A stretch of DNA of 64,000 bases, taken from NCBI GenBank assembly GCA_016840165.1, contig JAEOSU010000070.1, forward strand, positions 14,051-78,050. Direction: 5' to 3'. Source of the stretch: Promethearchaeota archaeon (GTDB lineage Archaea; Asgardarchaeota; Lokiarchaeia; Sigyniarchaeales; SOKP01). Positions 1-10,148 of the stretch are shown here, piece by piece (positions within the stretch are counted from its first letter, which is position 1; each line of letters opens with the position of its first letter). The notes under the pieces were generated by a model. The model ran no database searches. It had not been told where the DNA came from and saw nothing but the letters and a program-made list of their open reading frames with translations. The position numbers were made by a program, and so were the translations under genes.

Positions 1-910
1 CAGCTATTTGACCAGAGACAATACTTGGGTGAATTCCTTCCCCACTAATAGGAGAGACAAAACCAGCCGCATCCCCAATCATCATAATATTATCCTCATA
101 AAGACTTTTTTCCACTACTCCTTTTGCTGACATTGGAAAAGATCCTGTCCATAGGGTCTTTATGCTACACCCAGAAAAGTAGTTTTTAATGTGAGTATTA
201 TTTAAAAACTCGTCATATATTGTATTTAAATTATAATTTAGATTATCTTCTTCAAAAGTACCACATCCAATATTTATACGCCTTTCATCAATCGGAAAAA
301 TCCAGCCATATCCTTTGTACGGTCGAAAGTAAATATGTAACTTTTTTATATCCAAATTGGATTTACCTTCAATAATAGAACATTTTGCTAGTGCGATATC
401 ATTAATCTTCCAACGTTCCCTAAGTCCTGACATGACAGCTAATTTAGAACTCATTCCATCAGCAATTATAATTATTTTCCCTAAATACTCTTCTATTCCT
501 GATGGGGATCTTGTCTTAATCCCTATCTTCTTTTTGTTTTTGATAATAAAGTCATATGATAAATTATCATCAAAAAAATGGGCTCCTGCATTAATTGCCA
601 CTTCTTTTAATAGATTGTCAAATTCTAATCGATCAACTACCATCGAATTTTCACCATAACCTTCCCAGTTATATTCCAGTTTATGATAGTCAGCTGAAAA
701 CATAAATGCCCCAGTTTTTATAATTGGATTTAATTTCCGGATTTGGGGAAAATATTTTTCCATCACTCTTGAGCTCACAGCACCTCCACATGGTTTTCTC
801 CAATTACTTTTTTTTTCAATTAAAGCAACTTCGAAACCATTGAGAGCGAGCATTTCAGCACATTTACAGCCAGCAGGGCCAGCTCCTGAAATAATAGCAT
901 CATAAATCAT
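1..910 (-). CDS. Geranylgeranyl reductase-family FAD-dependent oxidoreductase (3' end runs off the window)
   Basis: Not in the ORF track. Manual translation from ATG at 910 gives MIYDAIISGAGPAGCKCAEMLALNGFEVALIEKK..KPCGGA, i.e. the FAD-binding GxGxxG and KPCGG motifs; MMIGDAAG lies near the window edge. Confidence 0.85.
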   Translation of the reverse strand, partial: MIYDAIISGAGPAGCKCAEMLALNGFEVALIEKKSNWRKPCGGAVSSRVMEKYFPQIRKLNPIIKTGAFMFSADYHKLEYNWEGYGENSMVVDRLEFDNLLKEVAINAGAHFFDDNLSYDFIIKNKKKIGIKTRSPSGIEEYLGKIIIIADGMSSKLAVMSGLRERWKINDIALAKCSIIEGKSNLDIKKLHIYFRPYKGYGWIFPIDERRINIGCGTFEEDNLNYNLNTIYDEFLNNTHIKNYFSGCSIKTLWTGSFPMSAKGVVEKSLYEDNIMMIGDAAGFVSPISGEGIHPSIVSGQIA

Positions 911-1052
911 GAATATCCCTTAATCTTTTTTAATAAATAATCTTTAGTATCGATAAATTATGATAAATGGCTTTTTTAATGCTGTCTATGATAAGGGTTA
1001 ATCATTTAAATATTTTTTAGATTTCAGATAAAAATTTTAAAATTAAGGCTAA

Positions 1053-2021
1053 TTACTCCATTTTCCTGGATCGTAACCATCCTTCCATTATAATACTTTT
1101 AAAGAATTTAACATGTTTTGAATCTTTGGTATGTATTACTAAATGATTCTCATCATGATTCCCAATTACCGCAAAAAGGAGTTCTTCCCCATCTCTATCG
1201 AGGATATATCGATCTTCTGCTTCATACATTCTGATAGAGATATTATCTAGACTCTGAAATTCTTCTAATAGTTCAGCATCCTCTTCAAGACCAGGGTCAA
1301 TATAACAAGACACTTTCATATTTACTGAAGAGCGTACTTCATATAATGTTAATGTTTGGAGATCTTTTATATTTGGGACCGCAATAGTGACGTTATGAAG
1401 AGCATTCATTAATATTTCTCTCATCTTGGTAAGGATTTTATCTTTTGGGATATCAATATTCGTCCAATCGATAATTTTAGAACCTGATGCGGCGGCTAAT
1501 TGATTTCTTAGTTTTTCATTTTCTTTTTCTAATAATTCTAGATCCTCATCAGCCTTGGTTAGTTCCCCTTTTAATAGTTCAAGCTTCTCTTGAAGATTAT
1601 CTATTTCTTTGTCTTTTTGCTCTACCACTGTTTTTTCTACCCTTGTATCCAATAAAAGCTTAATTTCCTTTTCTTTTAATTCTACTGATTTCTCTAATGT
1701 TTGTATTTTCTCATCTTTAATTTTCAATGAACCATCTAAAGTTTCAACTTGTTCACTTTTCAAACTAATAGAATCTTTAAGTGTTTTAATCTGATCCTCC
1801 TTTAGATTCATTGAACTTTGCAGATTTTTGATCAAATCATCTTTAGTTTTTATTTGCTCATCTTTTACCCTTATTTGATCTCTGAGGGTCATAAGCTTTT
1901 TTATCTCATCTTCTTTAACCCTAAGTTTATCTTTTAAATTCTCAATTTCTTTCTGGAGATCTTCAATCTCTTTTTCTTTTGATTTTGAATCATCTTGGGG
2001 ATGGTTTGCTTGATCTTTCAT
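1053..2021 (-). CDS. Coiled-coil protein with C-terminal TrmB-effector/PLD-like alpha/beta domain
   Basis: About 170 aa of heptads with 14-aa repeats (LKEDQIKTLKDSIS, LKSEQVETLDGSLK). The C-terminus (MREILMNALHNVTIAVP...YILDRDGEELLF) resembles the TrmB C-terminal fold. Confidence 0.6.
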   Translation of the reverse strand: MKDQANHPQDDSKSKEKEIEDLQKEIENLKDKLRVKEDEIKKLMTLRDQIRVKDEQIKTKDDLIKNLQSSMNLKEDQIKTLKDSISLKSEQVETLDGSLKIKDEKIQTLEKSVELKEKEIKLLLDTRVEKTVVEQKDKEIDNLQEKLELLKGELTKADEDLELLEKENEKLRNQLAAASGSKIIDWTNIDIPKDKILTKMREILMNALHNVTIAVPNIKDLQTLTLYEVRSSVNMKVSCYIDPGLEEDAELLEEFQSLDNISIRMYEAEDRYILDRDGEELLFAVIGNHDENHLVIHTKDSKHVKFFKSIIMEGWLRSRKME

Positions 2022-2248
2022 TGATGCATAACTATCTTTTCATTGATCCTTTTAATTAATATAATAAAATTCCTTTTTATTTCTTAGTTATTATTTTAAA
2101 GATTAAAAATAGATTTTATTCGGGAATTTTATGATTTTATTCTTATAATCATTTATTATTGTTCTTGAGGAGAAAATCATAGTTCTGACTAAATATGGAA
2201 ATAAATTTATAAAATAGTTTTATATTTGATTACTGTTATTATAATCTC

Positions 2249-2983
2249 ATGAGCTCAGATCCGAAAATTAAAGATTTAGAAACAGATCTTAATGATCTAT
2301 TAGAGAAAGAAATGAAAGAACTAGCTGGAATTCTTGGGATCACAATTTCATCACATGGAGGTTCTCATTTAGCCAGTAAGTTTAAAAAAGATATCTCAAT
2401 GACGAAAACAGAGATTAGCGCAGCAAGTAGTAGTTTAGTTTTTCTCTCATCAAAAATGTTACAGGATTCGTTAAATCAAAAAATCTCTTACAATTTAATT
2501 ACAGGAAGTAATCGTATTATTCTCTCTGTCCTAACAGATAATATCGCGATGACTTGCTATCTTAATCGTCAACTTGCAGAATTAGAAGGATTAAACGTAT
2601 ATATAAATCATTTGAAAAAATTTTGTATGAAACTTTCTGCGATAATTGCCACTTCGGACATAATTAAAGAGGAGGTTTTTGTTGCTATTAAAAGAGCAAT
2701 CCCTAATGCATTAGTAGTGGCAATAATAACAAAGGATGGTCTTCCTATTAAGATTCAGGCAACAATGCCAGAACCTATTTTGTCTGCCATGATTTCGGCG
2801 ATTTACAATTTATCAAGTGTTTTATTAGAAGGTGGTTTAGAATATTCTGTAATTGGAGGGGAAAATGGCTCAATAATAATCCATGAACTTGATGAAAATC
2901 GTATCATTGCAATTGCTGTGCCTGAAGCTGATGAGAAAAAACTTGGTAGTTATGTGGCAAAGATCAAAACAATAATACCTTAA
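2249..2983 (+). CDS. Tandem (double) Roadblock/LC7 domain protein
   Basis: Two ~120-aa repeats with the Roadblock pattern: GITISSHGGSHLAS..ISAASSSL and VAIITKDGLPI..LSAMISAI..IGGENGSIII. Confidence 0.8.
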   Translation: MSSDPKIKDLETDLNDLLEKEMKELAGILGITISSHGGSHLASKFKKDISMTKTEISAASSSLVFLSSKMLQDSLNQKISYNLITGSNRIILSVLTDNIAMTCYLNRQLAELEGLNVYINHLKKFCMKLSAIIATSDIIKEEVFVAIKRAIPNALVVAIITKDGLPIKIQATMPEPILSAMISAIYNLSSVLLEGGLEYSVIGGENGSIIIHELDENRIIAIAVPEADEKKLGSYVAKIKTIIP

Positions 2984-4240
2984 TTATCCTTCAATTATAA
3001 TCAATCGTTCGATCTTATCAACGATTTTTAGCGCTCCAAAATAAGAGTCTGCAAATGAACTCCCAGTATATAACACCGTACATACTGGTTCGTTTTTCCA
3101 AATTTCATGATCAGGGTTAAATTTATCATAGACGTGATCAATTTTATTGATTTCTTTTATTATTGCACCTTTAATAGCTTGTGGTGCAAAATAAACTAAT
3201 TTCGTGGCAAATTGAGGTTTCTTAATGCTATCAAGTGAAGTTTCTATCTCTTGCCATTTATCCTTAGAAAAGGATTGAATATGTAAATCTAATAAATTAA
3301 TTCTAAGTGCCCTTTCTGAAACTCTAAGGGATCCGGGAATTCTAGGATTGATTTCCATTAAGAAGGGATAATGATTTTTTAATACATAATCAAAACCGTT
3401 TATTCCCCGTAAATTAAGAGTTTTAGTAAGAAAGATTGAAATTTCTGCGATAACATCATTATCTTCTTGTAATAGATTGGCAGGAACTATATTACCGCAG
3501 TAAATGAACTCTTTCGGGGCATGAAGAAACCTCTCCCCTATTATTTGACGGTTGATTGAAATTACCTTAGCATTAACACCATCAGAAATCACAGTGCAAC
3601 TTATAGGTATGCCATCAATATATTCTTGAACGATCCATTGTTTAGGGTTGAATTCTTTCATTCCCAGTTTTTGTTTAAGAAAGATATATTTCTGATATGA
3701 TTCAATTTTATAAACGTTAACTCCTCCCGAGCTCTGCTTCTTTTTTAAGATTACAGGGAAATGTAATTCAGGATTCTGAAAGTTAAATTGATTAGCCTCT
3801 ATACTAATAGGATGCTTGAATTTATTTTTGTCCAATAATTTATATAACAGTCGAATATCTCTGGCCTTTTTGAGAGTTTCGATATCATTATTTAAACTTT
3901 GTATTGTGTATTTTTGATCTTTCAGCTTCTGATAGAAGTGTATTCTCTCATCAAAAGCATCATCTAAACCACTTCCAATAATAAGGTATTCTATATGAGG
4001 ATATTTATCTAATAAGGTTAATGAAAGTTTTAATAAATAACGATGATATATTCCCTTCATTATTTCATAATTTGCACCAAATTCTTGACTAACAATTAGA
4101 GAATCTTCTACATAGGGATATAAATCCTCATCTCCAAAAAAATCAACCGTGAAAACGCGATATCCCGCTAAATGTAGAGAAGTAGCTAATGGCCTAGTGT
4201 TAAAACCAACAACTAGAACAGAATTCTTATTTTTTCTCAT
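2984..4240 (-). CDS. ATP-grasp domain protein of the type found in archaeal C1-cofactor gene neighbourhoods
   Basis: VLVVGFNTRPLA..DFFGDED N-terminus; ILKK..SSGG, VQEYIDG, GFDYV and MEINPR ATP-grasp motifs. Confidence 0.8.
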   Translation of the reverse strand: MRKNKNSVLVVGFNTRPLATSLHLAGYRVFTVDFFGDEDLYPYVEDSLIVSQEFGANYEIMKGIYHRYLLKLSLTLLDKYPHIEYLIIGSGLDDAFDERIHFYQKLKDQKYTIQSLNNDIETLKKARDIRLLYKLLDKNKFKHPISIEANQFNFQNPELHFPVILKKKQSSGGVNVYKIESYQKYIFLKQKLGMKEFNPKQWIVQEYIDGIPISCTVISDGVNAKVISINRQIIGERFLHAPKEFIYCGNIVPANLLQEDNDVIAEISIFLTKTLNLRGINGFDYVLKNHYPFLMEINPRIPGSLRVSERALRINLLDLHIQSFSKDKWQEIETSLDSIKKPQFATKLVYFAPQAIKGAIIKEINKIDHVYDKFNPDHEIWKNEPVCTVLYTGSSFADSYFGALKIVDKIERLIIIEG

Positions 4241-4271
4241 TTGGATAATAAGAGTAATCCAATAAGAGATA

Positions 4272-6479
4272 TTAGAGTATCTTTTTTAATTCCAAAATAA
4301 GATTCTTAGGATTTATTCTATCAAATTGAAATATTTCTGCCTTGCCATATTCTTTGAAGTTCTCCTTTATCTCGTTAGCCGCAAATGTATTCACGCCCAA
4401 TGATTTCGTCGCATAGCTCTTTTTTGGCTCTAAAACCACGAGATGAACCCCTTTTCTTGAGAGCGTTTTAGTTAATTCTTTCAGTTCATTGATTATCACA
4501 TCATAATCACTCTGAACTTGTGCGATCAGGTCGGGGTATTTTACTGAGATATTTGCTCCACAATCTGAGCAGACAAAAATAACAGGAATCACATTTCTAT
4601 TTTTTAATTTTTCAGCATTGATTAATTTGAGAGATTTTGTAAGTGCTGCAGCCATTGGAGTATAAGATTTGCCTTCAATGTTCTTTACTTTATTTGCGGC
4701 AGTTTTAAAATAAACTGTTGGTTTCTGGAGAACCACCGCTTCTTTCCCCCGAAAAATAATCAAACTAATCTTATCTTTTTTTCTATAACCTTCTTTCTGG
4801 AGGGATAAAATTACATCGGTCATTTGTTTTATTACATAATACATTGAAGCAGAGCTATCTAAAACAAAAAATAAGACTAAGGGGGCTCGATATTCATATA
4901 TTTTGTCCATTAAATCATATTTGTCAAACCTTATAGGAAATTCAATATCGGTTTGATTGTAAATTGTATTTTTTAAATAATTTCTGATAGTTGCATCTAA
5001 TGCTATACTTTTTGGTCTATTTCGTGGAGTTCGATAAGCAACATAATGCCCTTTTTGAGTTGACGCTATCTTTATTCTTCTACCAATACCTCTCCCACCA
5101 TAATTAGAAACCTTCCGATCTTTTCTAATATTATCTAAAATGGAAGTCATCTTTTTTTCCATCTTGTATATTAATGGCATAGCGTCAATTTCATAATCTA
5201 AGAAATTAAATAACTCTTCATTATTAGGAATTTCTTTTACTTTCCAACCTCCGGCTGGCGATGGGCTTCTCTTTTTATTATCAGGGAATTTTGGTGGTGG
5301 TAATTTCTGTTCTTTGGTTTCGGGTACATCCACCTTTTTTGGATCTACAGACTGCCTTTTAAATTCTTTCTGTGGTGCATCATCATATTTTAATGGACCC
5401 TCTGTATCTTTATTTGGTTTGTAAGTATTGGTATCCTCATAGGCTTTCTGGATCTTTCCATATACCTCAACGATTTTAGCTTTTACCTCTTCAGGGGTCA
5501 TTTCATAATGTAGACTTTGAATTCGATGTTCAAACACTAGGTCCATGGCAGCATTCAGATCATCTTCATTAACTCGTTTTCTTCCATTAAATGCAGCATG
5601 AGCACGGGCACAACGAATAAAAGTGATATCTGCCCTTTGAGAAAAAATATCTAATTCATTGACTAGTCTAGAGACAAATTCATACACTGTTGATGGTATT
5701 TGGACTTCTTTTAGAATTTTGCGGGCGTTAACGATTTTTTTACGTAATTCCTCTTGCTCTTTTTCATAGTTTTTATAGAATTCTTTAGGATTATCATCAA
5801 ATTCAATTACTCTTTTTGAAATTTCCGCTCGAAGCTTTGCATCGCGGGGCGCTTTAATTTTTACCTCCAAACCTAGTCGATCTGCGATCTGTGGTCTTAA
5901 TTCCCCCTCTTCAGGATTCATTGAACCGACCAAAACGAATCGAGAGGGGTGAGATACTGAAATTCCTTCTCGCTCGATAATGTTAACTCCAGAGGCAGCA
6001 GAATCCAACAATACATCAACAATATGATCTTGTAATAAATTTATTTCATCAACATATAAGATACCTCTGTGGGCTTTAGCGAGCAATCCAGGATGAAGAC
6101 TGCGGATACCTTCAGTAAGAACTTTATCTATGGATAATGAGCCAGTAACCATATCTTCAGTAGCCCCCAACGGCATATCAGCAATACGCATATTGCGTTT
6201 TTCTATTTCAAGTTTACCAGATGCTAATCTTGTTTTACAGTCTTCACATAAAAGCTCAGGATCCGCTTTTGGATCACAAGAAAAGGCACATCCTTGAACA
6301 ACTTCGATTTCAGGCATAACATCTACTAAAGATCTAACAGCTGTTGATTTTCCCGTACCTTGTTGGCCAGTAAGTAGTATACCTCCAATCTGAGGATCCG
6401 TAACGTTTAGAATCAACCCCAATTTCATTTTATCTTGTCCGAGTATGGCAGTAAAGGGGTAATTAATATTTTTAAACAT
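4272..6479 (-). CDS. Mg/Co-chelatase ChlI/ChlD-like AAA+ ATPase fused to a vWA domain
   Basis: YPFTAILGQ, Walker A GQQGTGKS, PGLLAKAHRGILYVDEINLL, NPEEGELRPQ; Pro-rich linker; MIDAS LDSSASM. Confidence 0.9.
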   Translation of the reverse strand: MFKNINYPFTAILGQDKMKLGLILNVTDPQIGGILLTGQQGTGKSTAVRSLVDVMPEIEVVQGCAFSCDPKADPELLCEDCKTRLASGKLEIEKRNMRIADMPLGATEDMVTGSLSIDKVLTEGIRSLHPGLLAKAHRGILYVDEINLLQDHIVDVLLDSAASGVNIIEREGISVSHPSRFVLVGSMNPEEGELRPQIADRLGLEVKIKAPRDAKLRAEISKRVIEFDDNPKEFYKNYEKEQEELRKKIVNARKILKEVQIPSTVYEFVSRLVNELDIFSQRADITFIRCARAHAAFNGRKRVNEDDLNAAMDLVFEHRIQSLHYEMTPEEVKAKIVEVYGKIQKAYEDTNTYKPNKDTEGPLKYDDAPQKEFKRQSVDPKKVDVPETKEQKLPPPKFPDNKKRSPSPAGGWKVKEIPNNEELFNFLDYEIDAMPLIYKMEKKMTSILDNIRKDRKVSNYGGRGIGRRIKIASTQKGHYVAYRTPRNRPKSIALDATIRNYLKNTIYNQTDIEFPIRFDKYDLMDKIYEYRAPLVLFFVLDSSASMYYVIKQMTDVILSLQKEGYRKKDKISLIIFRGKEAVVLQKPTVYFKTAANKVKNIEGKSYTPMAAALTKSLKLINAEKLKNRNVIPVIFVCSDCGANISVKYPDLIAQVQSDYDVIINELKELTKTLSRKGVHLVVLEPKKSYATKSLGVNTFAANEIKENFKEYGKAEIFQFDRINPKNLILELKKIL

Positions 6480-6633
6480 AATTATTATGCAATAACACTT
6501 GATCTATAAAAAAAATTTCCAAATGATATAAAATATTATAGTTATTAATAAAAATAACCGTCCAATTTTCATATATTTATTTAAAATTATGTTTTATTTC
6601 ATTATTTCATTATAGCTAGAGTATTGGATGACG

Positions 6634-6656
6634 AAAATAACGTTAAGCGTTATTTT
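6634..6656. promoter_or_regulatory. 9-bp inverted repeat (operator or terminator hairpin)
   Basis: AAAATAACG-TTAAG-CGTTATTTT between the MPN gene stop and the chelatase start. Confidence 0.3.
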
Positions 6657-6687
6657 AAGAAAAAATTTTATGATAACTATAAGGTTT

Positions 6688-7638
6688 TTAAAATTTTTTT
6701 GAGATCTCAGCTAATTTAGAGTCTAAATTTGTCACTTCTTCATCCCAGAGTGACATGATCTCATTTACTTGTGGAATTATGGTATATCTTTCTTTATATT
6801 CAAGATAGTCCATAAATTCTTTAACATTTCCGATCTTAATATAAGTTTCAGCCACAAATTTTCGAATCTCATGAATTTGATTATTTAATACCTCTGGAAT
6901 CCGATGAGATTCCCCTTTTCGCACCAAGGTCATTAAATATTCTTCAGTTCCAAGTAGAAGTGACCTAAATTTTTTTAATTTCTCTTCTACGAAAGTTTGA
7001 TAAGTCTCAAATATTTTGTCCTTTGGGAAAAAGTTAGTGACATTTATGATAAATTTTTGAGTTTGGTTAACTAATTGCTCCATATTATCATATCCCTCAA
7101 CAACATAGTCAGTGGTATGATATGAAGCTTCAATCCCCCTAGAAGTATCATCTAAACTAAATATTTTAAAGCCAGGATCATTTTTCAAAGGTTTTTCTGG
7201 ATCTCCTTTTTTATCAGGCATTTCTACTTGGCGCAATAGTCTTTCAGGATTGAATACAAGTGTGAAATAGGAGGGATTCGCTGTTTGATGGAAGGCAAGA
7301 TGTCGAATATCAATATGACTTAACATTACTTTAAATCCCGGATGAGAATGCCATGAACCAACCGTATACAATCCCCTCGAAAAGGCCTCATCATCAATAA
7401 GAGTATATGTAACATTATCCTCTTCTGACCACTCATATTTATCGATGACTGCATCTTTATCAAACTTTTCATGCATAATAGGATATGATTCCTTAATCAA
7501 AATATCATCATCCTTCTTTTCACCGATAAAAACACCATTTACTTCTAACCACTCTTCTTTTGGGATTTTTTTATTGGCAAATCTCACCGCTGCAGCAACC
7601 ACAGTTAGATAAACATTTTTTGGTATTATTATAGTCAT
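6688..7638 (-). CDS. MPN/JAB (JAMM) metalloprotease domain protein with helical C-terminus
   Basis: EVNGVFIG...VGSWHSHPGFKVMLSHID gives a complete E-x(n)-HxH-x7-S-x2-D motif. Confidence 0.85.
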   Translation of the reverse strand: MTIIIPKNVYLTVVAAAVRFANKKIPKEEWLEVNGVFIGEKKDDDILIKESYPIMHEKFDKDAVIDKYEWSEEDNVTYTLIDDEAFSRGLYTVGSWHSHPGFKVMLSHIDIRHLAFHQTANPSYFTLVFNPERLLRQVEMPDKKGDPEKPLKNDPGFKIFSLDDTSRGIEASYHTTDYVVEGYDNMEQLVNQTQKFIINVTNFFPKDKIFETYQTFVEEKLKKFRSLLLGTEEYLMTLVRKGESHRIPEVLNNQIHEIRKFVAETYIKIGNVKEFMDYLEYKERYTIIPQVNEIMSLWDEEVTNLDSKLAEISKKF

Positions 7639-7816
7639 TATTACTATTTCTATTTCTTTATATTTTTGATGAAGTTATACTAATCCGTATATTTATGTTT
7701 TCTTTCTTCTACAAAATATAAAATTATTTAAATTCAAAATTTACCATTATATTATTACCTAGAGTCATTTTAAAACAGATTCCAAGTAAATATTTTTGAT
7801 TGAATTGTGATTAAAT

Positions 7817-8437
7817 GTGAGTGAAAAAGGATTTGAACCATTAAGTAGCCAACTAGGTATTGCGGGAACATCCTATCGAATTCAATTAGGACTTATCAAT
7901 GGTCGATGGGCTTCACGATTATTAAAGGGAAATAATGTAATCGATTCTTATATTTATAAGGATGAAGATGTTCAAGGAGGGTATCCAAATCAAAATATAA
8001 TAGTTGGATGGGTACTAAGAACTGTTGCCATTCCTAATATCAATCCTCATCAAGTTATGAAGACTACTCAAGCTTTAGTAAAGCAAGCGATTGATAAAAA
8101 AGAACAGAAGAAAGTAATGGCCCCAATTTCGGAAACTAAGGAGGTTGAATTAGAGAAAGTCCCAGAAAGCCAGCTAAAAAGAGTTCAGACCAAAGGTTGG
8201 GTAAAAGAGGAGGGAATGAAGTCAATACAAGAACTTGAGGAGGATAAACGTGAAGCATTCAGAGAAAGAATGAAATATAAACATGAAGAGGAAGCAGTAA
8301 GAAAGGGTGAGACTATACATATTACCCGAGACTTACCTTCAATTCCTAAAGCGGGAGATCAAACTTCCAAAAGTTGCCCGAGTTGTGGTAAGGATTTAGA
8401 TTTTAAATATTGTCCCTATTGCGGACAAAAATTATAA
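7817..8437 (+). CDS. Hypothetical protein with C-terminal zinc ribbon
   Basis: 206-aa ORF ending CPSCGK..KYCPYCGQKL. Confidence 0.7.
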   Translation: MSEKGFEPLSSQLGIAGTSYRIQLGLINGRWASRLLKGNNVIDSYIYKDEDVQGGYPNQNIIVGWVLRTVAIPNINPHQVMKTTQALVKQAIDKKEQKKVMAPISETKEVELEKVPESQLKRVQTKGWVKEEGMKSIQELEEDKREAFRERMKYKHEEEAVRKGETIHITRDLPSIPKAGDQTSKSCPSCGKDLDFKYCPYCGQKL

Positions 8438-8642
8438 ATTTTTTGTTATTATCATATTTTTTGCTTAATCATCGCAGAAATTATTTAGATTCATATAGGA
8501 TTATCGTAAATTAGATATAAGCTTGCTATGTAGCATTTAAAGGAATTAAATAGTCTTTGACGACCATAATAAGGTAAAATGTATATAACAAATGGGTTAA
8601 ATTAATATATTTTAAAAATTAACTATATCTAAACTTGTCAAA

Positions 8643-10142
8643 ATGAGTGATTTAATCATGGGGAAGTATGTTGATGAAAGCATAGTGATTGTTAAACCAT
8701 TGGCTTATTATAAAATGTTAGTTCATATACTTCGATTTGGTTCGAAAACGAGGGATCATAGGCAATTTAAGGAAGTAATCGGGATGTTAGTGGGTCATTT
8801 AGAAGGGGAAGATAAAATTAAAGATGTTATAATTGAGGATGTAGTACCAATTTCACATGGTGGGTCGATAGAAGTAAAATTCACAGAAGAACAATTAGGT
8901 GCTTTCGGAGAAATAGATTTACAAATCTTTAAAGAACACGGTTCAAAAAATTGGTTCACTGTGGGTTGGTATCATTCACATCCAGGATTAAATATATTTT
9001 TCTCCTCAACTGACGTTTATAATCAACTTTTTTGGCAGGATAGGAATCCTAGTGGCGTTGGATTGGTATTTGATCATACCTATTTAGAACGTGAAGGAGA
9101 TTTAGGATTTCGCGCCTTTCGATTAGATGATCCTTCAAAGGGCCTTAATTCGGATTATCATGAAGTTAAATCGAAAGTCGAACTCCCCTCCGATGATTCA
9201 TTTTATTCAAATGTAATAGATTTAATTAATAACATTCAGTTGAACCTACCACCATTATATGAATTAAATGAAACTACAGATTTATTTAGCGATGTATTTA
9301 TTCCGGATAAAAAGGACTTAGAGATCCAAAAACCAGAATTACATCTCCAAGAATTGATATCTTCTTTGAAAACAGGCCTAAACTCCTTTTTAGATCTTTC
9401 TATGATTCCATTAATTACTTCTCTAAATGAATGGAGTCAAAATATTACTAGTAAAACTTATTATAATAATACCCAAATTCGAAACGACCTAATTGAATTG
9501 AAGGATAATCTCTCAATAAGTTTAAAGGAAGTACAAAAATCATTCAATTTCAATTTGCAGGATAATTTAAAGAAACTAGATGACTATATTTCTGATACAT
9601 TTGATGTATTTGAAGAGGAACAAGATAATATTAAGCAAATTTATGAGGAGTTTAAAAGTAAAGTAAATCAAGAGACAGAAACTCTATTTAATGAAAAAAT
9701 AAAGTTTTCAGTGGAACAAATCAATTTTCTATTTGAAAACTGCAGAAAGTTGATAGCAGATATGGATACAGTGAATATTAATTGTATTGAAAGCCTAAAA
9801 AAGAGTAATGAAATAACGGAAAATTTATCTAAAATCGTCATGCCCTCAGAAAAAAGGATCTTCAGCAAATTAGAAGAAGATAAAAACAAAATAATAGATA
9901 ACTTCAAGAAAAAATCTGCTAATCTGGAAAACAATATCACGAATATGAATAAAGAAACAAAAAAGATTTTATCTAATCTTAAAGCAGCTATTTTAGTTCT
10001 TGAAGGTTCAAAAGAACCTATTTTTAGTAAGATTGAGAAATTAGAAAGTGAAAAGAAAAATTTGCATTCAAATATTAAAGAACTAAAAAGTGAAAAACAA
10101 GAATTATTAAGTCAAATTAAAGATTTAAAGAAAGGAGGATAA
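8643..10142 (+). CDS. Rpn11/CSN5-like MPN+ protein with long helical/coiled-coil C-terminus
   Basis: KMLVH..KEVIGMLVG..VGWYHSHPGLNIFFSSTDVYNQ..GFRAFRL; about 280 aa of amphipathic helix follows. Confidence 0.85.
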   Translation: MSDLIMGKYVDESIVIVKPLAYYKMLVHILRFGSKTRDHRQFKEVIGMLVGHLEGEDKIKDVIIEDVVPISHGGSIEVKFTEEQLGAFGEIDLQIFKEHGSKNWFTVGWYHSHPGLNIFFSSTDVYNQLFWQDRNPSGVGLVFDHTYLEREGDLGFRAFRLDDPSKGLNSDYHEVKSKVELPSDDSFYSNVIDLINNIQLNLPPLYELNETTDLFSDVFIPDKKDLEIQKPELHLQELISSLKTGLNSFLDLSMIPLITSLNEWSQNITSKTYYNNTQIRNDLIELKDNLSISLKEVQKSFNFNLQDNLKKLDDYISDTFDVFEEEQDNIKQIYEEFKSKVNQETETLFNEKIKFSVEQINFLFENCRKLIADMDTVNINCIESLKKSNEITENLSKIVMPSEKRIFSKLEEDKNKIIDNFKKKSANLENNITNMNKETKKILSNLKAAILVLEGSKEPIFSKIEKLESEKKNLHSNIKELKSEKQELLSQIKDLKKGG

Positions 10143-10148
10143 AGGTTA

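Noticed and set aside
357-659. 100-aa plus-strand ORF
   Set aside because: Antisense shadow of the geranylgeranyl reductase gene.
4272-6479. Evidence for (bacterio)chlorophyll synthesis
   Set aside because: ChlI/D-like proteins are widespread in non-phototrophic archaea, and the GGR here fits archaeal lipid saturation.
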